Below are positions 21,917-35,307 of a stretch of 64,000 nucleotides of DNA, in pieces. Position numbers and translations under genes: made by a program. The stretch covers positions 15,576,567 to 15,640,566 of the forward strand of contig CM120649.1 in the NCBI GenBank assembly GCA_051362555.1, in the 5' to 3' direction. Below the pieces are notes generated by a model. That model saw only the letters and a program-made list of their open reading frames with translations, was not told the origin of the DNA and made no database searches. The stretch is from Lingula anatina (Eukaryota; Animalia; Brachiopoda). Each line of letters opens with the position of its first letter. Position 1 is the stretch's first letter.

Positions 21917-24900
21917 CTAAATAATTGTACACCATAGCCATCTGACTAAATCAAGATGGTACATTTTGGATAAACGATCTAAAAGTTTAATTGTTCTCAC
22001 AGTATCAGGGTGGTTGGGACCAAGTATCTCCTCTCTCACTGCAAGACATTTATTGTGATAATCAAGTGCCTCTTTATACTCACTCATGGCCTGTAACACG
22101 TTACCGATATTGTTGTAGGAGGCGGCGGTATAAAGGTGGTTGGGGCCGAGTATCTCCTCATTCACTGCAAGGCATTTATGGAAATAATCAAGTGCCTCTT
22201 TGTACTCACCCATGGCCTGTAGTACAATGCCAATATTGTTGTAGCAACCAGCAGTATCAGGGTGTTTGGCGCCAAGTATCTCCTCTCGCACTGCAAGACA
22301 TTTTTTGTAATAATCAAGTGCCTTTTTGTACTCACCCATGGCCTGCAACACATTACCGATATTGTTGTAGGAGGCAGCGGTCTCAAGGTGGTTGAGACTA
22401 AGTATCTCCTCTCGCACTGCAAGACATTTATTGTAATAATCAAAGGCTGCTTCATACTCACCCATGGCCTGAAGCACACTTCCAATATTGTTGTAGGATG
22501 CGGCAGTATCAGGGTGTTTGTGGCCAAGTGTCTCCTCTCTCACTGCAAGGCATTTATTGTGATAACCAAGTGCCTCTTTATGCTCACCCATGGCCTGCAA
22601 CACATTACCAATATTTTTGTAGGTGTCGGCGGTATCAGGGTGTTTGGGGCCAAGTATCTTCTCTTCCACTGCAAGACTCTTTTTGTAATAATCAAGTGCC
22701 TTTTTATACTCATCCATGGCGTGCAACACATTACCAATATTGTTGTAGACTTTGCCAGTACTAAGGTGGTTGGGACCAAGTATCTCCTCTCTTACTGCAA
22801 GGCATTTATGGTAATAATCAAGTGCCTTTTTATACTCACCCATGGCCTGTAACACATTACCAATATTGTTGTAGACTTTGCCAGTACTAGGGTGGTTGGG
22901 ACCAAGTATCTCCTCTCTCACTACAAGGCATTTATTGTGATAATCAAGTGCCTCTTTATACTCACTCATGGCCTGTAACACGTTACCGATATTGTTGTAG
23001 GAGGCGGTGGTATCAAGGTGGTTGGGGCCGAGTATCTCCTCATTCACTGCAAGGCATTTATGGAAATAATCAAGTGCCTCTTTGTACTCACCCATGGCCT
23101 GTAGTACAATGCCAATATTGTTGTAGCAATCAGCAGTATCAGGGTGTTTGGCGCCAAGTATCTCCTCTCTCACTGTAAGACATTTACTGTGATAATCAAA
23201 GGCTGCTTTATACTCACCCATGTCCCGCAACACACTACCGATATTGTTGTAGCAGGCAACAGTATCAGGATGGTTGGGACCGAGTATCTCCTTTCTCACT
23301 GCAAGACATTTATTGTAATAATAAAGTGCCTCTTTATACTCACCAATGGCCCGCAGTAAAATGCCGATATTGTTGAAGGAGGCAGCAGTATTAGGGTGTT
23401 TGGGGCCAAGTATCTCCTCTCTCACTGCAAGACATTTTTTGTGATATTCAAATGCCTTTTTATACTCACCCATGGCCTGCAACACATTACCAATATTGTT
23501 GTAGGAGGCGTCAATATCAGGGTGTTTGGGACCAAGTATCTTCTCTCCCACTGCAAGACATTTTTTGTAATAATCAAGTGCCTTTTTATACTCACCCATG
23601 GCGTGCAACACACTACCAATATTGTTGTAGCAACCAGCAGTACCAGGGTGGTTGGGACCAAGTATCTCCTCTCTCACTGCAAGACATTTTTTGTGGTAAT
23701 CAAATGCCTTTTTATACTCACCCATGGCCTTCAACGCATTACCAATATTGCTGTAGGATACGGCAGTATCAGGGTGGTTAAGACCGAGTAACTCCTCTCT
23801 CACAGAAAGACTTTTATTGTAATAATCTAGTGCCTCTTTATACTCACCCATGCCACTCCGTATAAGTCCAATATTGTTGTAGGAAGCGGCAGTTTCAGGG
23901 TGGTTGTGGCCGAGTATCTCCTCTCGCACTGCAAGACATTTATTGTAATAATCAAGTGCCTCTTTATACTCACCCATGGCCTGTAGTACCCCGCCGATAT
24001 TGTTGTAGGAGTCGGCAGTATTACGGTGGTTCGGGCCTAGCACCTCCTCTCGCACTTTAAGACATTTATTGTAATAATCAAGTGCCTTTTTATACTCACC
24101 CATATGTAGTAGTTCACAACCAATATTGTTGTAGGAGGATGCAGTATCAGGATGGCTGGGGCCGAGTATCTTCAGTTTCACTGCAAGACATTTTTGGGAA
24201 ATATCCAGTGCATTTTGATACTCACCTAAATCACACATTACTAAACCAATACCATCGTAGGAGTTTGCAGTATCAGGGTGGTTGGGACCGAGGATCTCCT
24301 CTCTCACTGCAAGACATTTATTGTAATAATCAAGTGCCTCTTTATACTCACCGATGGCCTGCAGTAAAATACCGATATTGTTGTAGGAGGAGGCAGTATG
24401 ACGGTGGTTCGGGCCTAGCATCTCCTCTTTCACTGCTAGACATTTAACGTGATAATCAAATGCCCTTTTATACTCACCCATGGCCTGCAGTACATTGCCG
24501 ATATTGTTGTAGCAGCTCGCAGTATCGGGGTGGTTGGGACCGAGTATTTGCTCTTGCAGAGCAAGGCTTTTTTTGTAATGATAAAGAGCCTTTTTATACT
24601 CACCTATATTTAGAAGTACAGTGCCAACATTGCCGTGGAAGGTGGCAGCAAAAGGGTGTATGGGACCGAGTGTCTCTTCTTGTATTGCAAGACTTCTATT
24701 GAGATAATCAAGCGCTTTTTTATACTCACCCATGGCCTGCAACATAGTGCCAACATTGTTGTAGCAGCTGGCAGTATCAGGGTGTTTGGGACCGAGCACC
24801 TCCTCTGCCAATGCAAGACATTTTTTGTAATAATCAAGTGCCTCTTTATACTCACCCATAGCCTGCAGTACCCTGCCAATATTGTTGTAGGAGGAGACAG

Positions 24901-27016
24901 TTTCATAGTGTAGTACCTCCTTTTCATGTGCCACCACCTTGTAAATGTGTAAAGCATCCTTATAGAGGTAAACTTCACAGAGTGCGTTTGCAATCCCTGT
25001 TAAATTTTCTATAGTTTCAAGTTTTTCAGAATCCTGTTGGATTTCTAAATGTTTGATAAGTAAGGCAGCAGTATGTTTTATATGTGATAAAACATTTTTT
25101 ATTTTAAGCATTTTGAAAGCTTTTATATAATAACTGCAATAGGCACGTTGAATTTCAAAAATGTCATTGTCAGAATTCTGGGCATTGCATTCTGCATATT
25201 CCCTTACTAAAGGGTGGATATCATAGATATCATTATCTGCACTGATGAGTGATTTGTTGGCAAAGCTGTCTAGGAAATGTTCACAATCATTTGGGTCTAA
25301 TCCTAAAATATCAGAGACTTCTTTGAGAGTAAATGCAACGGGAAAAATATGCAGTGCAAGGAACAATTTTCTCGCCTCAGGTTCTAATGTTTCATAAGAA
25401 ATATCAAAGCAAGTGGTTATTCCCTTTGACATACTGGGAATGGAAAGAGTGCGTAATATTTTTTTAGTCTTCATTTTCCCTAACACCCTTTCTGTAGATT
25501 TATTAGCAAGTAATGCAGCTAGCAATTTTAAAGCTAGGGGGTTATGGCCACACATTTCTGCCATTTCATCTAATGCCTTTAACTCAATGTCCGTGGGACT
25601 GGTTGATTTTCTCTCCCACATGATTTCACGTGATGAGGTTTTATCAACTGCAGGAATGTCTAACACAACTATGTTATGTGTTGTGAAATCAAACTTTTCA
25701 CGACTGGTACATAACAAAGTGATATGGTGTGTTGAATCCATTACACCCTTCAAAAAGTCAATAAACTCCTTTCTATTTGAACTGATAATAGAGTCGTTAT
25801 TATCGAGGATAAGCAATGTATCTGTAGTCAAACCAGACAAAATCTGTTTGAATACGTTTTCATAATCAGAGTATAAATCTTTCAAAGGGCGTGTTGGGTG
25901 ATAGTGTTGGACAAGTGATAACTTGACAGATTTAAGATCTGAAACTTGCCTCATATCAATGTACAACACATTTTGCATGTTTTGCCCGATCTTAACTGCT
26001 ATGCTGGTCTTACCAATACCCCCCATACCGGTCAGGAGAACGAGTTGTTTTTCTTCGATATGTTGGTGTATTTTGGTAATGATGTCATCACGCCCCTTCA
26101 GTTCTGTGTTCATTCCTGGTAACGCAGTGGACAGCAGCTGGCAAGGGGTTTCTGAAAAGTACACTGAACATTTTTATCGCATTTTTAACCTAGGGGCACC
26201 GATACATAATTTTTTCCTGAAAATATACAACTCGGCTGTCAATAACATTGTGAGATTAGAGTGTTACATGTATTTATATTTTGAATGAGTATTACTGAAA
26301 TTATTTATGCTTGTGCTTTTATAAATGTGACTTAATACTTTGATTTAATGAATCATCTGTGTGTCAATTTGTTTGTGGTTATCTGTGTGTGTGCACGCAC
26401 CTATATTAGTATTTCCATTAACTGTGGCTGTATTGATGTTAAGTATTAAATATATGAGCATAAATTCACCTGAAGCATCTAATGGTTGAATCAGCAACTT
26501 ATCGTAGTCATCGCTTGTATACAATGTCGACAGAGACAGCAGAGGAGCTTTTAGATTAGTGAACTGGCTCTGGAAGTCTGCGTCTGAGAGTCCATCTGTT
26601 TCATGAGCGTTTTTATTGCGGTACTCCTTCACCCTGCCGATGTTGGCCTCAGTTGATGTGTCCGTTGCTGGAGGATTGTCCCATTTTGCATGAGGATTCA
26701 GGTGGGTGATATGTCTTAATAAAACCACGGTCAGGGTAATATCCAAGTCCTGCAGTTTGACAGGAGGGTAGAGAATTTTCATTTGAGTACGGTTCAAAAC
26801 TTTCTTCACTTTTAAGCTGTGCAAGTTACATTTCACTGTTTGGTCATTTAGGACACCAGATATATCGCCATTACATGATGGTCCAAACAGCCCCGGGTAC
26901 CGTGACTGTAACTGGTTATTGAGAACATCTCGAAGTACGTCGTTTGCAAGATACAGTAAAAGTTGCATACGGAAATGGTTTTCTTGCTTCTTTCGTGTAG
27001 TCTCCGAGCCAGCCAT
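21917..27016 (-). CDS. Complete HEPN-NB-ARC-TPR receptor, copy C (join 27016..26470, 26151..21917; ~1593 aa, 23 regular TPRs plus 1 degenerate)
   Basis: Acceptor ttgcag at 27026 and ATG at 27016. Phase-1 GT-AG intron 26469..26152 is in frame (LDAS-E-TPC). HEPN DLDITLTVVLLRH and YRNKNAH, Walker A GMGGIGKT, Walker B LLILDN, CGHNPLAL and IHPL are present. MGEY-type motif recurs every 126 bp from 24859 to 22087. Confidence 0.92.
22000..24905 (-). repeat. Coding tandem array of 126-bp TPR units (copy C)
   Basis: 126-bp phase with a block duplication at offset 882 bp (ggtgtttggcgccaag at 22261 and 23143). STGKVYNNIGNVL appears in two adjacent units. Confidence 0.95.
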
Positions 27017-28221
27017 TTGTGTCTTCTGCAATAATCACAAGATGGTTTAAAGGTTCATCAGGACATTTCCATTTTCTCATAATTATTTGTTAAGGTAAGA
27101 TAGAACAAATGGATCACAAAGTCAGTATCATTCTAAGATATAATTGGTATTTTTTTTATCTGACTGATAGAATAGTAGTGTAAATTTCATATGCGCTGTT
27201 AGTGCAGGGCAAACTGGTAGTTTTTCACGGAGTTCGATTAAGAGTTTTTTGCCCCGACCCGTCCAGACCACTGGCTCTGTCGGCTCCACGCCACGTTGCC
27301 AGACACCAATCACGGTTAAGCTTTTCCTAGAATACAAGAACCTATGTTTTCATCTTTTAAACCCCATATATTTTGTGCTCTTTTTGTGCATTTGAATTAG
27401 GGTGATGCTCGTCGCAATGCACCCTTGTCATTTGTTGTAATTCAATTGCTAAATATCCTCCCGAGCCGAAGGAAAAATTTCTATGGAAGTCTGACCGAAA
27501 GTCATTTGTAGATATATACTGTATTTCAAAAATGACCTAGGATTTCACCTTTGACCTCTATTCGAAGGTCAAATGGGCTAACATTAAAAAATATACATCC
27601 ATATCTACCAAAAACATTTGCTGGCGGCACAACATCTTGTAAAGTCTTTGCCTTAACCGGCACTTAAAGATCTTTACTAATGCAGTTTGCCAGACTCGGT
27701 CGTAAGAGTGTTCGGGCACGATCTTGCATGCTTTAGTTAACACAAACAACTTCCTTTAAAGTTTCTAATGAAGAAATAATTACATTGGGGAATATCTACG
27801 GTGCAAATACTGTTTACCCTGTCTTGTGCATGGCCACTTGTGTTAACATACATGCAACCGCAGGGTATTCCCCAACACAGGAATGATCAACTGCACTAAA
27901 TGTGACAAAATCAATAACTGATTAAAATGTCACTACTGGATTCTTTAGTTGGAATCACAGGTTTATTGCCCTGTCACTGATGTAGATGTGGGTACTCTAA
28001 ATCTTGACCGCTCAATTTCAACAAAGCTATAATTTAGTGAGTCACACACAAATATTGCCCACCTCCTTACGACAAAATTTAAGAAAAAAGTGTAAATATA
28101 TGTAATAAACATTAGCATTTTCTTTACAACCTGGCTGTGGTATCGCCATTCTGATTTCGCCAATTAGTTTTCTTGTATTGTCTTTTACTTATTAAAATTT
28201 TAAAGGTATATCGATGATTAC

Positions 28222-28264
<43 letters not shown>
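28222..28264. repeat. (AAT)n microsatellite
   Basis: Read directly from the sequence. Confidence 0.95.
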
Positions 28265-28266
<2 letters not shown>

Positions 28267-29964
28267 GAAACTTATTAACTGTCGAGCATAATTGAGTGTA
28301 TATTTTGTGATTTCCACACATTTGTTCCAATATCATATAGCCTACATCATATTTTAATAATAAAATTGGTTTTTCAAACAGGGTCAGTGAGTTAGGGACT
28401 GTTCAGAACCAGCTGATCCGCAGACTAACTGGTCCACGGAACAAATATGGCGCGACCCACTTGAAAGCAAGCCCAGGTTTTATTGCTCTGTCCCTGCAGG
28501 GGCGGCTTGCATGGGAAACGGGGAATCCGTTAGGGTTTATGCACCATGCTTTCAAGTGTGCACCATCCTTAAACTAGTCTGTGGATCAAGTTTTTTTTGA
28601 AGAGGGCCTTCGAAAAAAACTTTACATGCTTCAACTAATTCCAAACCTAACACTTCCACTCAAGAACTTAGCAATGGAGCTTACCAGTAAAGCCTCCCAG
28701 TCACAAGAACTTCACTGTAATGTGCTGCCACCGAGCGGTTAACAAAGCACTAAAATGCAGCCGAGGTGACTGCATGCAAAACTGCCCCCAGACAGTAAAA
28801 TATCACCTTCAAATAGAAAAGTGAAGGAAAATAAACAAATAATTTCTCAAATAATTTTCACACAATCTGAAAAAAAAAGAGTTTCTCTTGTTTGCAAATA
28901 TTATGGCTTCAAAATTAACAAATAAGACACTTTAAATTGGCACATTAAATAAGATTGGGGTCCTGTAGGCCTTTGTGGCTCTAGATAAAAACTTTTTCTC
29001 GACAAAAATTACTGGCCCGGGAGTGCGCTGCTGCTTTATGCTCAAATCAAGTACATGCAACTAATATGCTGTGGTGCTTTACAAACTGTGTAAATATAGC
29101 GCATTATAAAGCAATACCAATCAATACACAGACAATCAATACACAGACGTGAAATTGAACTTAAAGTTAAAGGGGAACTCTATGGAATTTTCCCACCAAA
29201 ATGAATTTTCCCGGGGAAATAAGCAATTTTCTCGTACTCACTTATCATTTATCTATCCTCCTCGGCTTTAAACATTAAAAGGAATGTGTCAGGGACCATA
29301 GTATTTAAAAGTTTGTTATTAATATTTTTAAATTTTCATACATGATGTGGTATTAATTCAATCAGTAGAAGTCTTTCTTTGGTAAAATTCACACATGGGC
29401 AGCTAAGAATTTAAAAACTTTAGATCATATTTCACGCCAAGCAGTTCAAATTTTAATGTCTTTTGTTGCAAGCTAGTACTCAATTAGATCTTACGAAATT
29501 ATTGGGAGGACACACCACGAGGGGGCAGTCTTGTGTTTGTATTGACCAAACGGTTTATGATCTTTCTGATCGAAATTTTTAAATATTGATACAGCCAAGA
29601 AAAAAGACCTGTGAACTTAAATCTTGAGAGGAAAGAGGTCAGGATTGAAGCTTGGGTTTCACCATGCTTGTATCATGTAACTCTTGGTATAGTTAAATAT
29701 ATTTTGTTGAAATAAAAACATGGAACCGTTTCATTATTTTCCGTGTGCAGAGTTTAAGGTATAAGACATGCAACTAGCAACTTTACAGATCGCGTTATCT
29801 GATGATGAGGGCCTGTAGTGCCCAAGTCTTACGGTTTTATTATAAAGGGTTATATTCAATGTGTAGTGTGGGATCCAAGGTGGTAATGAAAAGGAGACTT
29901 ACGTAAATAATTCAGGACCCTACTATTGAAAAAGGCGCATTGCAATGCAGACGTGACCTTGACC

Positions 29965-30420
29965 TTAAAGTTGTTTGTCAGTGCTCTCTACTAGCAACAT
30001 GGCATACTGCTTATGAAAGAGAAAGAGGAAGTGCATTTTGAAGAGGAAATATATGTAAAAACTTAGCAAATACAACACGTTGTCATAATTTAAAGTATTT
30101 TGCAAACAATTTAACAAGATTATATATCAAAACTCATCCACACGTAGCATTTGTAAGCCGAAAGAGCGAGCTTACCGTAAATTGACTTCCTTCGCTTACA
30201 CCTTCTTCTTTTCTTTGTTGAACAGCTTTTCCAGGTGATGAGCTTGACTTTCTCTGTAAATTGGTATGTCTGTATCTGTATATGTCTATAGGTTCAAGTA
30301 ATAAATCTTGAGAACACAGTCTTTGGGGTGAACATATAGCGCCGTTATTCGATTAATCAGACCCATTCGTGTGTATTGTTACTCTGTCTCTTAGAAACAA
30401 CAGAAGGGTCACATGACAAA
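29965..30420 (-). promoter_or_regulatory. Putative promoter, non-coding exon 1 and start of intron 1 of copy C
   Basis: Homologous to 17165-17637. Donor acg|gtaagc at ~30176. GTCATGTGAC at ~30408-30417. GAAAGAGAAAGAGGAAGTG at 30015-30033. Confidence 0.6.
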
Positions 30421-33400
30421 AGCCATATGGGATATTTTTAGGGATTTTTTTCAATTCATCTTAATGAAATGAAATTTGTTTAAAGTGCGAGTTTTGGCCA
30501 AGGGGGTCATTTGTTGCTATCATTATAAAACATTTTGAACATTCCATATTTACACTTGTTTCAACATTGCCGCCAATCAGATTACGCGATATTGACAAGA
30601 TTCCAACGAATGCTCATGCGCGAAAATCGGAGTGTCTGAATAAAAAAGTTATAATTGACAAATCTTGCCTGTGTTTACCGTCTGATTGATTCGATTTGCC
30701 TTCTATTGTCCTTTGAGAAGCATATTGGAAATGCTCTGTTGATTGTATGCATTAAAAGGAAAATCCATTGGTCTTTGTTCAGAACAACATTTGATTTGCC
30801 TTTATTGGGATTCCTTTGTATTTGCAGTGTTATATGTGGCCCCAAGGTACCGATTGGCCATTAAAAAACCAGACTACTAGTACGCGTAAGATCGATAACT
30901 GCTTTAAGTGCCGTAAAATTACCACCCACTCCTGTTACTTTATGAAGACAATGCAACTGTCTCACGCTGGAAGAGAATATGTACTTCCTCACAGCAGCAG
31001 GAGGTTCCTACCCCTTCCCAGCAAGCAGTCAACATAACCGCAAGTGACCATGGCCTCGCTTAATTAGGGGTTAGTGGCTGACCGGTATTGTTCATCCTGA
31101 TTGCAGCGCACTTCTTACTCACTACATTTCTGGTAGACCAGACTAACATATCTTTGCATCATCGGGGCAGCCTGCTTTGAAAAGCTCGTATCTAGTTAAA
31201 AAAACACAATAAAAAGAAATTGTCTTTTTTTTAGTCAATATAAATTCCCTGTTTTCTCCATAAACAGTAAATTCTACTGCTTCTTATTTACCCTTTAAAG
31301 CCAAGGTTTAATCATAAAAAGGCAGAAAGGAGGTCATTTCCAATAGTGGATTATAACCCCTCGCTAAAGGGGAAAAATAAAATTAATATTTACAAAGTCA
31401 TAATATAAAAACGAATATAAAAGAAAGAAAACGTGGAAAGAATTAACACAGGCTCAACTAAGCTGTGCATAATGCTTATGAATAGATGAATGAATAATTA
31501 AAAAAAATGTTAATAGTAAAATTAATACAAAAAGAAAAATACTGGCGTTTATTGATGAAATCTTTTACGTCAATATCATAACATTTTTAGTAACAAGGGT
31601 TGTGAATGATGACAATGAGGAAATATCTGGTAATGAGAATGGCCATGGAGAGGAGAAAGCTGTAGATCAATTTTCCCTACATGTAAAATTTTCACGTAAG
31701 TTTTCATCTTTACTTTTACATTGTTAGTGATTAATTTACTTTTCTGGTTTTAAATTAAAAATATTCTGGTATTTCAATGCTCGGTTTCTTCCAATTGATA
31801 CATGACTATACAGCCTATTCAGTCTTGATGGATTTTAACAAACAAAATGATTTAATGAATGATTGATCAATTCACATAATCCACATGAAGTCTCCAACTT
31901 CGGAACCCACACAGCTCACATAATAGAGCTTGCAAGAGCTACATGTACATAACCTACCTGCTACAGAACTAAGATCACAAAATTGATACGGTCATGAACA
32001 AATCCTCAAATATCATGTTAAAATATAACCCCTCAAAACTTTCCTTACATTTAGAATTTGGTTCTTTTTTAAGTTAAATTCTCCAAATTTGTTCCTTGAA
32101 GACGAATTGTCAATTTTTGTAGCAAAACCCGATCAGAGGTTACCATATAATTTCAAATAGTGTAACCTAGAGGTATGAGCAAACAAGGGGTTGAACTCCC
32201 AAGAGAGAAGTAAGTTGAGTCCATGGATAAGCCTGTCATTTTGTCCCCTCACACAGCCCTGTACACTTCAAATGATATGAAAACCGATTAACTCAAATGT
32301 GCCCTTGAAATATTAAAACAGCCAGCAAATTCCTTACGTCTCAAAATGATACAATCTGAAACAAAAACTGACAATTAAAACACATGCTTCTTAACAAAGA
32401 TGGCTCAAAAAGGTTGAGAAATAATATTCTTGTGCTGACAAACCGCCCTGCATGCCGACGTAACGTGACAGAGAGTCCCCCCAAGATAGAGAGTCAGCCT
32501 CCCATTTATTTGTACCGGTAAGCCTCGACCTAGAATTTGACCCACTTAAGTTAGGCTAACCCTAACCATTACAACTAAGTGGAGGTCGGACTTTCTGTTA
32601 CAAGGACCCTCATTGCAGTTTCGTTACACCGGTGTTCATGTGATTGTGGCCTTGTGTTTAAATCCCCCCCCCTTTCGGTCTCTTTACATATCTCAAAGTC
32701 GACAGTATATTGCACTTGCTAAATGCTCAATAAGCAAGGGTTCGATCTTTATATTGACTCGGATTTCAGCTTTTACCGTCCCGCATTGCTATCATTAATT
32801 TAAGAAACATATGGCACTAGAGAGACAAGTGCACACAAAGCCATACCCGGCATTCAATACCTGCTGCCATGCCATCAATTTTTCATGAAACCTGCAGCTA
32901 CACATCGAAACACCGTATACAGGGAATGTAGGCTTAGACACTGTTCCAGATCTTATGGCAATAAGGTAATGTTTTTCAATTTATATAGAATTTTCTATGT
33001 TTATTAGACTAATTATTAACATATTTTAAATTCAAGAGCGTCTGAGAACCAGCTATTAAATAGAATGGACAAATATGCCCCATGTAATACTTTTAAAAAT
33101 CTATCGGCATTATAGGCTATATTGATATTAAATCATTCAAAGTGAATTCTGCTGTTCATTGTGCTAAAGATCATTGTCCAGACTGACCGAAGCTACAGAT
33201 AACTGCCCGAAGCCCACCCCATGTTATTTGAATAATTCAGATGGGGCGTTTATATTTTTGCTCAGTATATATATATGAGCGACACAAACTTTGATCTAGT
33301 TGAGTCAATCGTATGTATGTATATGTAATCTTTTTGTAAAATGACCAGCATAATGGGGTGATAATTTAAGGGAGAGGTTTAAGAATCGTGAAAATGGCAT

Positions 33401-33886
33401 TGGCTATGTACCCTATCTTCTACCCGTGGTCCTGTTGGTATGGATTTACCCGTAACGAAAAAGTCCTATAGAATCCTATAGGATTTAATAGGATCCTATA
33501 GGACTTTTTTGTAAGGGACGTGAAACATATACAAGAACATTACGCAAACTAAGTTAATTTTTTTGTCATCAAAGAAGTGAATGTTGTGATCCATCCAATT
33601 GTTTTAAACTACGATGATGGGAATGAAAAAGTGATAAGGTTGAAGCATTGTGACCCCCGTTTCAAAATGTAATATCCAGAATGAGATTTGATTTCATTTC
33701 CACCATTACCTATCCACGTTTTTTCCCTAAAATATGTAGCCAGGGCACTCAGCGAAATGACGTTCTAAAATAAGACTATAAGAAACAGTAACATGAGTCT
33801 CCCTGTTCTACAGCAGTTGGCGTGCGTATATATCCTACAAATACTGCGTAATTATTGCGTATTTTCTTTCCTTAGCTTCGGCCAAT

Positions 33887-35247
33887 ATGATCCGAAGAAG
33901 AACATTCAAATTTCTTGCCGTTCTGAGTGCCGTGTCTGTAATATGGCTTGCCGCTTTTTGGATCCGTGAAGGTGACGTTTCCATTTTTCCTATTAGCCCC
34001 CTCCTTTTTTATTTATACCATAGTAGGTTATACTGCTCCATACAATCAAGAAAAAAAAACAGCGAACAGAAATCCCTTTTCATCCATCGTTCAATTATAG
34101 GAATTCGAAGTTTAAAGTCGTAGGATCTGTGCGATGTGAATAAATACTTAAGGTTTACTTATGGTTTATTTTACATTGAATTTCTTTAGTAATGTAAATT
34201 TTAATGTTTCTGTTCATGTAATGACAAACTGGCACAGCACGCAGCTTTGACAGTATTAAATACGCCAAATCTTTCCTCTGTGTTATATTAATGCACAAAA
34301 TAAAATAACTTCTTACCAAATGTCTTTGCCTCTATTAAGCGGCAAGTGAACGCAAACGTGTGCTGCTCAAAGTCAGCAGTGGCAAGGCCGAGCCCCCCTT
34401 GAAACTGGTAAGTGGGCGTTTTACTTCTAACATAAAAATCTATATAGTATTTGAATGTCTCTCGTAGCTGAAGGGATTTAGGCTGTTAATGGATGCCGGT
34501 GTGACAGGAATCGTATTCCACTAGAAACCGTAGTGCATTCCCCATGACTTTGTACATTCGTCTCATTTACTAATACTCATACTAAGACAATACTCCGACT
34601 AACCCTAACCATTTTGACCTTTCTCCAAATGTAGTACCAAAACTGGATAAGTTACATATTGTATAGGATAAAATTAAAGTGAAATGTTAGCACGTACAAC
34701 TTACTGTTTTCTTTTCATTCATCATCAAGGCAACTGAACCGACCTCAAGGCACATTTCTCCATCGAGATCTTCTCCTCCAAAAACGTTTTACAATCTAGC
34801 AGACGACATCGACTACTCACCGGAAGTGACGCTGAATCTCACCCTGCCGCAGCTTGCATACGATGAAATTGAGAGGGATTATTTCAGGTATTGTAAACGA
34901 ACACGTTTGAAGTGCATCCTTGGACTTTAGGCAATTTATTAGAATATGCATTCATTTTGAGGTATAACGTTGAAAAGTCAATATTGGAGACGCCCCTACA
35001 TTTTTACGCCAAACGGATAACACATGAGTGTTAAAACTACAAAGACGAATGGCAGTTTATACACTATACGTTTTCAATAAATGAATGGATTGTTATAATG
35101 CGTATAATGCTATTAAAATACAATACCATGGGGTTAAATTCTAAGAGTTCATTAAATACATAAGGGCAATACATTTCACAAGAATATATACCATAATTCT
35201 TCTGTGGTTCAGAGTTGCATTATTAATTGTATGTGGTACTATATGCA

Positions 35248-35307
<60 letters not shown>

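Noticed and set aside
21917-27016. Bacterial contamination or recent horizontal transfer of an Avs-like gene
   Set aside because: Spliceosomal introns, a non-coding first exon and surrounding animal genes and transposons show these are resident eukaryotic genes. Deeper origin cannot be judged without a phylogeny.
33448-33518. ~70-bp palindrome upstream of the METTL24-like start as an ncRNA
   Set aside because: It looks like a collapsed MITE with cctatagg repeats and has no RNA-family signature.
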